A stretch of 49,662 nucleotides of DNA, taken from positions 1-49,662 of the forward strand of contig PBTH01000046.1 in the NCBI GenBank assembly GCA_002726495.1, written 5' to 3'. The stretch is from Methanobacteriota archaeon. Lineage in GTDB: Archaea; Thermoplasmatota; Poseidoniia; Poseidoniales; Poseidoniaceae. The notes under the pieces were generated by a model. That model searched no databases and was not told the origin of the DNA. It was given only the letters and a program-made list of their open reading frames with translations. This document shows, one piece after another, positions 9,463-19,469 of the stretch (within the stretch, counting starts at the first letter, position 1; the number at the start of each line of letters is the position of its first letter). A program made the position numbers and the translations under genes.

Positions 9463-12400
9463 ATGGCAGCACCCCGTAGACAAAACCAAGGCGCACCAAA
9501 GCGAAGACCGACCCCCACACCTCAGCCGTTAGGGCAAACAGCATCCCCTTACCAAGGGTCACTTTCTACCCAAGGTGCACCAATTTCGGCGCCGATACTC
9601 ACCGTTGGTCCAAATGCTGCAAAGCAAAGTCAAGACCTGTTTATGATGAAACTATCACAGGTCGTCATGATGGGGATTGGATTCCTCGCAATATGGGGTG
9701 GAATCTTCAGTGTCGCCTTTGATGAAGAAGCCACGAACGAGAACTTCCTTGTCCTGTTCATAGGTGGACTGGCTTCCTTTTTGGTCGCAATAGCCATCAT
9801 TGAATTGCAAAGTAAAAAGAACAACTACAGGCTGTATGACATTCACAATTATTTCCTTGGAATCGCCTTCTTCTTCTCCACAATTGGAGTCCTTTGGGGA
9901 ACCCGATACATGATGGGCGTGATGACCGGAACCTTTGGATTGGACTGGTTTATGGAAAACCCTGACAATTATACAACGACCGACTGGTCACCTAACGCAA
10001 ACGGCATCTATGCACAACTGGCAACCTGCTTGCTTCTCACTTTCGGCCATTATCGATTGCTCCAGCGATATTCAGGCGATACAGGATTTGGATGGGGTGT
10101 TGCGACCTACGCACCAATGGCCATCCTTCTCGCTGGCGTTGGCCCATGGATTCGATGGTCTGGCAACGTAGTGAGTTACGAACTTGGCATCAGCATCATC
10201 GTTATTTCTCTCGTTTCCATGGAAATGGCCCTACGATCAAACAAAGCACTCAATTTCGGAGTTGTTGCATTCGCATCAGGCCTCGTTCCACTTGTCTACG
10301 AATTTCTTAATGATGTCCCTGATGAAAGCAAGGGTGGGGCGCTATCCCTCATGGTGTTCATCATCGCCTTACAAGGCTATTATGCTGCGCGTAGTGACCT
10401 CAGAAAAGAGGTCATGGAACGTGCCTCGCTGTTCCTTGTCGGCCAAGTTGTCTTTGCAATCTTACTGATGAGAGATGCAGACTTCAACCTCATTCTTGGC
10501 CCATTCCGTGCGAGTGAGTATGCATCGCTTTCATCCTACGTCTCACTCCCTGTCGCTCTATGGTGTACGGTGCTGCTCGCATATTTCCCAGCAGTATTAC
10601 AACAACGCGTCCCATGGATGCCGATTGGTCTCGCAGTCAGCCTTGTAGCACTTCCAAACGACACCTCAACGATTCCGTGGGCACTCAGCATTATTATGAT
10701 CCCTTACATGCTCTTCATTTCCAAGATTGCCCGTGAGTGGGTCGTCAATGTTACCGTTTTGGCCTTTGGAATTTCATACCTCCTCACTGATTTTGGTGGA
10801 ATCATAGAAGAATTAACTCCCAAGGAGACCTTCGGTGGCACAATTCTGCATATCATCCTCCCCATCTTCATTGTAGTTATTTCTGAAATGGGCCGTCGAC
10901 AAGGAAAGATCAGCACTGCAATCTCTCTAGGATTGCTCGGAGCAGTGGTATGTTCACGAGCTATTCTTGACCCAGAATGGTTCATGCCATGGCTCTTCAT
11001 CGGATACATGTTTTACCTCAATATTGACATCAAGCAAAAGAGTGATCCAAATGAATTCAAAGACCGCAAGGAACTCACCTTGTCTGCTGGATTTACATCG
11101 GTGATCGTATTAGCATTGGGAGTGTTTGACAAAATCAAACTGCCCGATCATGAATTCGTCAATCGTCTATCACCAGACGGGCTTGAACCTCAATTCTTGA
11201 TCTTAGGGGTCGCCCTCTATTCACTCTCAAGAGTCATTGCAAATTACGAGTTTGATATCGGTTCAATAGGAGCCTGGTTGGACCATGGACACCAAAACGC
11301 CCCTCTTTATGATATTGAAACAAACTCGTGGATTGCTCAAACTCAAGAAGAAGAAAAGACATTGGAATCCGTCCTTGAGCGAGCATGGACTCCACTTGCA
11401 CGGATCTCATTGCTTTGTTCCCTACTCCTGCTCACCTTGACCGTCATTTCAGTTGATGCCTATGTGACAAAACCTCAATGGATTCTTCTTATTGCAATTC
11501 CAATCGGAATCTTGGTCAACGAAATCATATCCATGAAAACAATCAACTCAACAACAAGAGCCACTGGAATCGGCCTGCTAGTTGCCATTGCATTCCCAAT
11601 TTCTGTTCAATTGCAAGATGTGGCTTACAATTTGGTTGGGAACGGCGATCTGTTTGTTGCTGGAGTCCTTCTCGATCTGCTTCTCGTTTCTGCACCGCTA
11701 ATCGTCAACGGAATCATATCAAAACGTGGGGTAGACAGAGATAGCTTGAATTTCTTTGCTGATGCTACTGCCTATGTATTCCTACTCATTCTTGCATCAC
11801 TTGATTCTTCAGGAGGATTGTTGTTTATCCCACTGTTTGCCCTCGTAGCATACAAAACGATACAACACCGGCATTATGGAGCAGCATTGTTTGCTCCATT
11901 AGCAGTGTGGTTCATGGATGACCTTTGGTTCACCAGAGTCGGAGTCACGAATCGGATTCTTGAGGGCTTGCCAAGTGATATTGAGAACTATCTAAGAGAT
12001 TCTCACAGTGGCCCATTCGCGGCTCTAGGAGGGCTACTTGTCGCGGCTCACATGGCCTGCATGCTCTTTGCAATGTACCGTGAAGAACAACGTGAACCAG
12101 GGTACCAAGAAGTGCTGGCAACATTATGGCTTGGCCTCGCCTTCTTATCGGTCCTACCCGATGGATTTTGGATTCCAACCATCATTACCTACACCATCAT
12201 GATGTACCTTTGGTACACAGAAAACAGCACGGCATTGCCTTACATGTTGGGAATCTTGTTCTTTTCACTCTTCATTGGATTTGAAAACAGCAACACCTTT
12301 TCAAGCATCAGCAGCGATGATGCTTGGGCCTGGAGTGGACTTGTTGTCGGGTTGAATGGTGTAGGATTTGCGCTCATGCATCGAGCAAACATCTTGTTCA

Positions 12401-13494
12401 AGAGCGACCCTGATGACGACGATGCTCAGAGAACTCAAGAGGCTACATCACTCTTGAGTCAGCAAATTGCCAGCATTGGGTTCCTCATCAGCTACGACAT
12501 TTTCTACGGAATCGGTCCGTTAATTGGACTTATGATGATTGGTTATTCCGCCTTCAAGAAAGGACAGACAACAAGCCTCATGCTGTTCCCCCCATTGCTC
12601 TCTTTTGCAATCGTAAACATTCTCATGCAGGCCAATATTGGAGATTCTGATTTCCACAGCACCTTGGGTGGAGCTATTTTGGCAGCCCAGGGACTCATGT
12701 TTACGCTCTTGTCCAACAAGGATGATTTGGTTTATGATTGGGAGAATGTCACTTGGGACTCGGATGATAGTTTCTTCGAATTCATGGACAGAATCGGAAT
12801 ATCAGGTGTGGCTTATACCGTTGTTGGCCTGTTCCTTACCTTTGACGCCATCGACCTTGACTCCTTTGCCTACCTTGCTATAACGGTCTATCTTGTCATT
12901 CTTGGAATCCAAGGATTCAGTGAGGAAAACGACGCTCGATGGCGCCGGGGCATCGGTGGATACGGTTCAGTCTTCACCGCATTCTTGCTCACAACCACAA
13001 TCAGCAACGACTTGTTCCGTGGAATCACCGTTGTCCTTATGGGAATTCTCGCTCTTGGATTCGGATTCCTTTTCATGCAGCGAACCAATACTGAGAACAT
13101 CTACGAGGATCCGATGACATCTCCTGAAGTTCCCGCTGCGCCAAGTTTGCCAACTGCCAATGTTGAGCCAATGATAGAGGAACAGGAAGAAGAAGTGGAA
13201 ACCGTAGAAGAGGAAATCACTGCGTCACAGGAAACGGATGAGATCGAGGAGGAGATGGTTGATGAAGTTGAAGAAGAAGTGATGGCCGAGGAAGCTGTGC
13301 CCGTTGAACAGACTCAACATTCCGGACTTTTGATGACAGAAGATGGATTTGCTGTACGCTTGCCTCCTGATTCAGTTAACAACATCATCAATTCTCTAAA
13401 GCAAACACCACATGAAGGTTATTTGCCAGTTGTTGGTTTCTCCCCAAGTGGACAAATCGTGTTGAACTTTGAATCAGAATCCAACGGCGCTTGA
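9463..13494 (+). CDS. Very large polytopic membrane protein, function unknown
   Basis: 1343-aa ORF with AAGGAG RBS, dozens of hydrophobic helices, a basic Pro-rich N-terminus and a Glu-rich C-terminal linker. Confidence 0.85.
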   Translation: MAAPRRQNQGAPKRRPTPTPQPLGQTASPYQGSLSTQGAPISAPILTVGPNAAKQSQDLFMMKLSQVVMMGIGFLAIWGGIFSVAFDEEATNENFLVLFIGGLASFLVAIAIIELQSKKNNYRLYDIHNYFLGIAFFFSTIGVLWGTRYMMGVMTGTFGLDWFMENPDNYTTTDWSPNANGIYAQLATCLLLTFGHYRLLQRYSGDTGFGWGVATYAPMAILLAGVGPWIRWSGNVVSYELGISIIVISLVSMEMALRSNKALNFGVVAFASGLVPLVYEFLNDVPDESKGGALSLMVFIIALQGYYAARSDLRKEVMERASLFLVGQVVFAILLMRDADFNLILGPFRASEYASLSSYVSLPVALWCTVLLAYFPAVLQQRVPWMPIGLAVSLVALPNDTSTIPWALSIIMIPYMLFISKIAREWVVNVTVLAFGISYLLTDFGGIIEELTPKETFGGTILHIILPIFIVVISEMGRRQGKISTAISLGLLGAVVCSRAILDPEWFMPWLFIGYMFYLNIDIKQKSDPNEFKDRKELTLSAGFTSVIVLALGVFDKIKLPDHEFVNRLSPDGLEPQFLILGVALYSLSRVIANYEFDIGSIGAWLDHGHQNAPLYDIETNSWIAQTQEEEKTLESVLERAWTPLARISLLCSLLLLTLTVISVDAYVTKPQWILLIAIPIGILVNEIISMKTINSTTRATGIGLLVAIAFPISVQLQDVAYNLVGNGDLFVAGVLLDLLLVSAPLIVNGIISKRGVDRDSLNFFADATAYVFLLILASLDSSGGLLFIPLFALVAYKTIQHRHYGAALFAPLAVWFMDDLWFTRVGVTNRILEGLPSDIENYLRDSHSGPFAALGGLLVAAHMACMLFAMYREEQREPGYQEVLATLWLGLAFLSVLPDGFWIPTIITYTIMMYLWYTENSTALPYMLGILFFSLFIGFENSNTFSSISSDDAWAWSGLVVGLNGVGFALMHRANILFKSDPDDDDAQRTQEATSLLSQQIASIGFLISYDIFYGIGPLIGLMMIGYSAFKKGQTTSLMLFPPLLSFAIVNILMQANIGDSDFHSTLGGAILAAQGLMFTLLSNKDDLVYDWENVTWDSDDSFFEFMDRIGISGVAYTVVGLFLTFDAIDLDSFAYLAITVYLVILGIQGFSEENDARWRRGIGGYGSVFTAFLLTTTISNDLFRGITVVLMGILALGFGFLFMQRTNTENIYEDPMTSPEVPAAPSLPTANVEPMIEEQEEEVETVEEEITASQETDEIEEEMVDEVEEEVMAEEAVPVEQTQHSGLLMTEDGFAVRLPPDSVNNIINSLKQTPHEGYLPVVGFSPSGQIVLNFESESNGA

Positions 13495-13542
13495 GAATTC
13501 AGCCCAAGAAAAGCAATGAATCAGACCCACCCACGACCAATC

Positions 13543-14091
13543 ATGAGCGGAACCTCTCAACGAATGGTTTGGATTGATCTTGAGATGACGGGTCTTGACC
13601 TTGAACGGGAATCAATAATTGAAATCGCAACCGTGATTACAGACAGTGAATTGAACCTTCTCGCAACTGGCCCCAATCTCGCCATCAAAGTCTCGCAAGA
13701 TCTTCTTGATGGAATGGACGATTGGAACACACGCCATCATCATGGTAGCGGCTTGGTTCAACGTATTCACGATGAAGGCATGGAGTTGCTTGATGCACAG
13801 AAAGCGACCGTGGAATTTCTCAAAAAATGGATTGAGCCAGGAACTGCTCCCCTGTGCGGCAATAGCGTATGGAATGACCGCCAATTCCTTGCGAAAGAGA
13901 TGCCCGAGGTCTTGGAACTTCTCCATTACCGAATGGTCGATGTTTCAACCATCAAAGAACTCGCTCGCCGATGGTACCCTGATGTACCGTTTTATGTCAA
14001 AAAAGGGGCACATCTCGCCCTTGATGACATATTGGAATCCATCGAAGAATTGAAACATTTCAGAAAAGAACTGTTCGTTCGTCAATCTTGA
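13543..14091 (+). CDS. orn: Oligoribonuclease (DEDDh exonuclease)
   Basis: Motifs WIDLEMTGLD, IIEIA, CGNSVWNDRQFL, HYRMVDVSTIKELARRW and HLALDDILESIEEL. Start is 13543 or 13516. Confidence 0.93.
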   Translation: MSGTSQRMVWIDLEMTGLDLERESIIEIATVITDSELNLLATGPNLAIKVSQDLLDGMDDWNTRHHHGSGLVQRIHDEGMELLDAQKATVEFLKKWIEPGTAPLCGNSVWNDRQFLAKEMPEVLELLHYRMVDVSTIKELARRWYPDVPFYVKKGAHLALDDILESIEELKHFRKELFVRQS

Positions 14092-14954
14092 CGCCAACTT
14101 GGTTGGCTTGGGTCTTTCTTCTTGAATGACGACATGATTTGAGCGACGACTGCTACAGCAATTTCTTCTGGGGATTCAGCTCCGATGTTCAGTCCAATTG
14201 GACAAATGACCTGGTCCAACAAACGTTCAGAATGCCCTTGAGACTCACATTCCTTACGAAACGCCTGCCATTTGGACCGGCTTCCAATGACTCCGATTCT
14301 TGGAGCGTTTTCACCGTCAAGCAATACATCATCTTGATTGAACATGTTCAACAGACCAAGCAGTCGGTGCTGGTCCTCGCTCCAATCATGGCCAAGAAGC
14401 AAGATATCAGAAAATCGGTTCATACTGGCGGGGGATTCATTGGCGAAGAGGCCATCAATACCAGCGGATGTTCTTTGAACTGCATTTGGATAAACATCGA
14501 CTGAGGCAAACTCTGGACGTGTGTCGTGAACCGAGTAGGACCACCCAACTTGGTCAAGAAGTGTTGAAAGCGCCTGTCCGCAATGTCCACCGCCCATGAT
14601 GAAAATGTGGGGCATAGGAATCATCACCTCGAGCGAGAGGGTGACACGCCCTCCGCACAATGAATCAAGAGGCTGTACTTCATAGCCCTTCGCCCCCTTG
14701 TTTAAACCATAAGTAATGACCTCGGCAGCGGGTGACGATGTTTCCTTGAGCAAGGTTCTGCATCGGTCTAGAATCTTATGCTCAAGTCCTGCTCCACCGA
14801 CGGTGCCTTCCCATTGGCCATCAGGAGAAGACATGGCCAATCGGGCTCCAGTTTTTCCCGGCACACTTCCCGATGTATTGAGGACCGTAACAAGAACAAC
14901 CTTGCGTTGTTCGTGCAATTGGGCCAAAGCCCATTGGAGGACACGAGCCGTCAT
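14082..14954 (-). CDS. xdhC: XdhC/CoxI-family molybdenum cofactor insertion chaperone
   Basis: Motifs GSVPGKTGA, GTVGGAGLE, CGG, GGGHCG, GVIGSRSK and PIGLNIGAESPEEIAVAVVAQ. Confidence 0.9.
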   Translation of the reverse strand: MTARVLQWALAQLHEQRKVVLVTVLNTSGSVPGKTGARLAMSSPDGQWEGTVGGAGLEHKILDRCRTLLKETSSPAAEVITYGLNKGAKGYEVQPLDSLCGGRVTLSLEVMIPMPHIFIMGGGHCGQALSTLLDQVGWSYSVHDTRPEFASVDVYPNAVQRTSAGIDGLFANESPASMNRFSDILLLGHDWSEDQHRLLGLLNMFNQDDVLLDGENAPRIGVIGSRSKWQAFRKECESQGHSERLLDQVICPIGLNIGAESPEEIAVAVVAQIMSSFKKKDPSQPSWRQD

Positions 14955-14976
14955 GTTTGCCCCTCTCGGCCGGCCC

Positions 14977-15588
14977 TCATATCCCTTGTCCTTCTGTAAA
15001 ATAAGACCGAAGTTCCGGCCCTTGTTGATTTAATTTGAGAAGGTCATCGGGCGTGTCAATGTTTAGATGAAGCCAAGGTGCATCAACTGGCAGTTCCTCA
15101 AAAGAGAGTATGTCTCGCAGCGGAGTATCACTTGGAGCAGCTAGAATTCGTTTAATGTCAGAGTCCTGGACAGCCACAGGATGCCCTCGTTGACCGTTGT
15201 GAACTGGACAGACCGAACGCTTGTGGAGCAACAACTGTTTCACAAGATTTGTATTCCATCCCGGCCGGTCTACGGGAGCCATTACCAAGCGTTGGGGGAG
15301 TGTTCCAATGTCAGTGTGAAGGGAAGAAATACCGTTCTGAAGGCTACCTGTTCTGCCCAATTCGGGATGAGGATTGATACTGACGTTCACACCGGGAACT
15401 GCAAGAAGGATGTCCACGGACAGTTCTGAACGGGTCACGACGACGATTGGATCGCACCCTGCATTGGCCAAATGTTCGTACGCCCATCCAACCAATGTCT
15501 TTCCTTCAAACTCCACCAGTGCTTTTGGTTTCCCAAGCCTGCTGCTCGCACCTGCTGCAAGAATTACTGCTGGAACAGCACGAGCCAT
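14977..15588 (-). CDS. mocA: Molybdenum cofactor cytidylyltransferase-like nucleotidyltransferase (MocA/YgfJ family)
   Basis: Motifs ILAAGASSRLGKPKAL, PVDRP, GQRGHPV and NIDTPDD; adjacent to xdhC. Start moved to ATG 15588. Confidence 0.8.
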   Translation of the reverse strand: MARAVPAVILAAGASSRLGKPKALVEFEGKTLVGWAYEHLANAGCDPIVVVTRSELSVDILLAVPGVNVSINPHPELGRTGSLQNGISSLHTDIGTLPQRLVMAPVDRPGWNTNLVKQLLLHKRSVCPVHNGQRGHPVAVQDSDIKRILAAPSDTPLRDILSFEELPVDAPWLHLNIDTPDDLLKLNQQGPELRSYFTEGQGI

Positions 15589-15660
15589 GGTCGTTCGAAG
15601 CGCTGCCTGCAAAAGTGCTTTTCCTTTTTCCTTCAAATACAGTAGGAGTCACGAACGGTC

Positions 15661-16413
15661 ATGGAGTTGTGGAAAACGCCCAGCAGATGGTCAGCCAAGA
15701 AACTGGCAGCTCATCAACGGGGACTTGATTTTCTAAAATCAATATGTGATTCTTCTGAATTTATGGAATTAAAAACGCTCCCTAATGGTCTACCTCATGT
15801 TCGCGTCAAAGGTACTTCAAGGCGGTGGTATTCTCTTCAAGCATATCCTGAAGAAACGCTCATTGAAGATGAAGATGGCATCACGCAGCCCGGTTTATAT
15901 TGGAATTTTGATGTGCGAGGAGCACCTCGGAAAACTGACCTTTTGTTGCTCAATAATTATTCAGTTCGATTGTGCATCCATCCAGAACGACGTAGTAGAA
16001 AACTACCGATTGGAGACCAACTTGCAACCTTGGCAATGGGGTTGAGAGACGACCGTCGAACTGCCGTTCGTATTGGTTTACTTGCGCAATTTGTAATTGC
16101 ACCCAGAGATGCCCTGATCGAAGTGTACAAGTTCACCGATGAAGGTGCTATGTTTAGCGATGAGGTGTTTCCGGAATACGAACCAATTGGAATCAATGAA
16201 TTCATCGGTAACTTTGATGATGAGACGAGGGAAATTTCAGATTCATTTGCCTTGGATGAACAGGCAGAAGCCAATTCATACGAGCACATCGCATTCCAAG
16301 AATGGTTTGATGAAAAGGAAGAGGAGGTGTCTCTTGATGAGGCCGTACCTTGGCATCATGATGAGCGAGAAATATGGGATCTGGAAGAAATGCTTCTAAG
16401 AAATTTGGATTGA
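15661..16413 (+). CDS. Hypothetical protein with acidic C-terminal half
   Basis: 250-aa ORF filling the gap between mocA and the acyl-CoA dehydrogenase with no overlap. Confidence 0.7.
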   Translation: MELWKTPSRWSAKKLAAHQRGLDFLKSICDSSEFMELKTLPNGLPHVRVKGTSRRWYSLQAYPEETLIEDEDGITQPGLYWNFDVRGAPRKTDLLLLNNYSVRLCIHPERRSRKLPIGDQLATLAMGLRDDRRTAVRIGLLAQFVIAPRDALIEVYKFTDEGAMFSDEVFPEYEPIGINEFIGNFDDETREISDSFALDEQAEANSYEHIAFQEWFDEKEEEVSLDEAVPWHHDEREIWDLEEMLLRNLD

Positions 16414-17562
16414 TCACATGTCTTTGGTGATTTCACGACCAATAATCATCCGCTGAACCTGTGATGACCCTTCATAAATTTGCATCACTTTGGCGCCTCG
16501 CATCAAACGAGCAACGGGGTATTCCTCCGAATAACCGTATCCTCCGTAAACTTGGACCGCATTCGTGGTCACTTCCATTGCCATGTCTGCAGCAAATCGC
16601 TTTGCATGGGCTGCGGATTCGGTATTCCGAATACCGTTGTCAAATTCAGACGCGGACTTCCAGGTCAACATACGTGCAGCCTCGAGGCTTGTTTTCATGT
16701 CAGCGAGCATAAATTGGATGGCTTGATGTTGATGCAAGGGGCGACCAAAGGTTTGACGTTCGTTTGAATAATTCAGCGCATGTTCGTAGGCTGCTCGTGC
16801 CAAACCCGTTGCGTGAGCTGCGATGTTCGGGCGGCTCATGTCAAAGGCCTTCATGGCGTTCATCCATCCTCCGGATTCCGAATCACCAATGAGATGACTC
16901 GCTGGGATTCTGACATTGTCAAATGAAAGTGAACGAGTATCGGAACATCGCTGTCCCATATTGGTCTCTTTTTTACCCAAAGAGAACCCGGGAGTATCTT
17001 TCTCTACAATGAAGCCAGACATACCCTTGTAGCCAGCATCCGGGTCTGTTTTTGCTAGAACAAAGAAAAAATCGGCGTAACCTGCACCAGTAATCCACAT
17101 CTTCGTTCCATTCAGAACATATTCATCCCCATCGCGAATTGCTGTCGTCTTCAGAGCCGCAACATCGGAACCAGCACCCGGTTCTGTGATTGCATAGGAA
17201 GCAAGTGCGCCTTCCTCGGTTACTTTACGCAACCAGATGTTTTTTTGTTCCTCTGTCGCACCAGTAATGATCGGAGCACAGGCAAGAGCGGTCGCGTATG
17301 CTGCAGTAGCAAAACCTGGATCTCCCCATGCCAATTCTTCATTCACCAACACTTCCTCAAGCGAACCCAAGCCTGCGCCGCCATAAGCCTCAGGAATGTG
17401 GAGATTCAACAACCCCATTTCATGAGCTTGACGAATGGCATCGATTGGATAAATGGATTCTTCATCCCAGTGTTCTGCATTTGGACGAATTTCATCAACC
17501 GCGAACTCATGTGCGAGTTCCTTGAGCATCGTTTGCATCTCATCGAGTTGAAAGTCGACCAT
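16414..17562 (-). CDS. Acyl-CoA dehydrogenase (short/medium-chain type)
   Basis: Motifs AITEPGAGSDV, LNGTKMWIT, RQTFGRP, QVYGGYGY and QIYEGSSQVQR. Start moved to ATG 17562 (MVDFQL). Confidence 0.93.
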   Translation of the reverse strand: MVDFQLDEMQTMLKELAHEFAVDEIRPNAEHWDEESIYPIDAIRQAHEMGLLNLHIPEAYGGAGLGSLEEVLVNEELAWGDPGFATAAYATALACAPIITGATEEQKNIWLRKVTEEGALASYAITEPGAGSDVAALKTTAIRDGDEYVLNGTKMWITGAGYADFFFVLAKTDPDAGYKGMSGFIVEKDTPGFSLGKKETNMGQRCSDTRSLSFDNVRIPASHLIGDSESGGWMNAMKAFDMSRPNIAAHATGLARAAYEHALNYSNERQTFGRPLHQHQAIQFMLADMKTSLEAARMLTWKSASEFDNGIRNTESAAHAKRFAADMAMEVTTNAVQVYGGYGYSEEYPVARLMRGAKVMQIYEGSSQVQRMIIGREITKDM

Positions 17563-17621
17563 GATTCTCCCACGGGTCGCCCCCTTATGGCGCTTAGGAT
17601 TCATTGGGAGGAAATGCGTCT

Positions 17622-18734
17622 TCAAAGAACAAGGAGACCCTGCCTTTGTGCAACAAGCAGCCCTAAGAAGACGGCATACAATCCAATCAATACGACGCCT
17701 TCCCATCGTTTGAATTCATATTGTGTTCGCATCATGCTCAAGGCAACAATAGTCCCGATGATGGTAGCAGGTATAATGAGATACATGGCCAAGGGATACC
17801 CGTCTGCAGTTAATGACAAAGGATGTATCATTGCAGCAAGCCCTACAGAGAGCAGTGGGTCGGTGATATTTGACCCGATGAGCGCCCCAATGGCAACCCC
17901 TTCACTTCGTTTTGCTGCCATGAACGCAATGGTAAGTTCAGGAAGAGAAGTTCCTAATCCGGAAACTGTAGTTCCGACCACAGCATGAGGGACATTCAAT
18001 TCATAAGCCATTTCGCTTGCAACTTCCACAAGATGATGCGCTGCAAAAAGAGCCAAAAGAAGACCGAGGATGACCATCGCGATATAGGACGCTGTTGTCC
18101 AATTTGAGGTGCGTTCTATGATGTTGTTTTCGGACAACTCTTCTCTTAGAATTTCTTCACGGTTTGATAACAACCAGTAAATGTAAACTGCATACAAAAG
18201 AACCAAAATCAATCCTTCTATGCTACTCAAGGAACCTCCTGTTATCAAAAAGCCGGTAAGCAATAAGATTGAACCAAGCATGATGACGCCGTCTCGCTTA
18301 AGCCATGATGGGCGGATTTTAACGCCTCGGAACGTTACGACAAAGCCCAATATGAATGTGATTTGTACGAGAATAGAGCCGTAAATACCTCCCAAAGCGA
18401 AATCAGCAAATTGGGCATCTGCTCCTCTAAACCGAAGGTCTGCGGCAGAGGTCGTGGTGACAAGAATCTCAGGGAGGGAAGTTCCGATTGAAACAATCGT
18501 TAGACCAATGACAACTTCCGGAAGGCCTGCTCGGTAAGCCAAACCCTTCGCTCCTTCAATAAAAAAATCAGCCGATTTAATGAGCAAGGCCATAGCCAAA
18601 ACGAGAAGCCCCAATGACATGGGTACGCTCTCTAAGTTTGCTTCTTCAATTCCTGTATGAATAGCGAGGAGGCCAAGAAACAATGCTCCGTTGATGAGAA
18701 GAGTGTTATTGAGGACCAATTGGGCAATCCCCAT
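17622..18734 (-). CDS. Ca2+/Na+ antiporter (CaCA family, YrbG-like)
   Basis: Alpha repeats IVSIGTSLPE and VSGLGTSLPE...IGSNI. Start moved to ATG 18734 (MGIAQ), removing overlap with the divergent gene. Confidence 0.88.
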   Translation of the reverse strand: MGIAQLVLNNTLLINGALFLGLLAIHTGIEEANLESVPMSLGLLVLAMALLIKSADFFIEGAKGLAYRAGLPEVVIGLTIVSIGTSLPEILVTTTSAADLRFRGADAQFADFALGGIYGSILVQITFILGFVVTFRGVKIRPSWLKRDGVIMLGSILLLTGFLITGGSLSSIEGLILVLLYAVYIYWLLSNREEILREELSENNIIERTSNWTTASYIAMVILGLLLALFAAHHLVEVASEMAYELNVPHAVVGTTVSGLGTSLPELTIAFMAAKRSEGVAIGALIGSNITDPLLSVGLAAMIHPLSLTADGYPLAMYLIIPATIIGTIVALSMMRTQYEFKRWEGVVLIGLYAVFLGLLVAQRQGLLVL

Positions 18735-18852
18735 CTCCCTCGATTCACCCCCCATGGAGTTCCCATGGTCATTCACCTCTTGACCATTCGCATGGATGAA
18801 CACATAAAATATGGTCAAAATGATTTCAACATGCCTCCAACTCGCAAAGGGC

Positions 18853-19464
18853 ATGCCTCGGCTTTTTTTCTCCGAATTTCTCGGCACGGCATTGATGGTC
18901 GGCCTTGGGTGTGGAAGTGTTTACTATGGCGCTAGCCATGAGTGGATCTCATTCACCTTTGCGGCGGCTGTAACGCTTGCTATACTTCTTTTTGGAAACA
19001 TAAGCGGGGCTCATATTAACCCGGCTGTCTCAATTGCGTTTTGGAGAGAAGGGCGTCTTGACAATCGCCAACTTCTTTCCTACATCTGCGCCCAATTAAC
19101 CGGAGCATTGGCTGCAGCAATCGTGCTCGGTGGAGCAGGACCCACTGCCGTAGACCCGGAGGTCACTCTACTGCAAGCGTTCACGATTGAGGTTACTATC
19201 ACGATGATTCTAATGTTTAGCATCCTGTTCATCCTCCGTAGCGAACCTTCTGTTCCAATACTCGCCTTATGGGTCGGAGCCACCGTCGGAATCCTTGCAT
19301 ACTTCGCAGGTTTAGCAACAGGTGCAAGCATGAACCCTGCACGCACCTTTGGTCCAAATGTTGTATCTGGAATGTGGGCAAGCCTTCTCTTTTACAGTAC
19401 TTCTACAGTACTGGGGGCTTGGATTGCATGCGACCTCAATCGTCTAACAACTCGGAAAAATTAA
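18853..19464 (+). CDS. MIP-family aquaporin / aquaglyceroporin
   Basis: Motifs SEFLGT, SGAHINPAVS and GASMNPARTFGP. Start 18853 preferred over 18811. Confidence 0.92.
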   Translation: MPRLFFSEFLGTALMVGLGCGSVYYGASHEWISFTFAAAVTLAILLFGNISGAHINPAVSIAFWREGRLDNRQLLSYICAQLTGALAAAIVLGGAGPTAVDPEVTLLQAFTIEVTITMILMFSILFILRSEPSVPILALWVGATVGILAYFAGLATGASMNPARTFGPNVVSGMWASLLFYSTSTVLGAWIACDLNRLTTRKN

Positions 19465-19469
19465 CCGAA

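Noticed and set aside
17245-17988. 247-aa plus-strand ORF
   Set aside because: Antisense to two well-supported genes.
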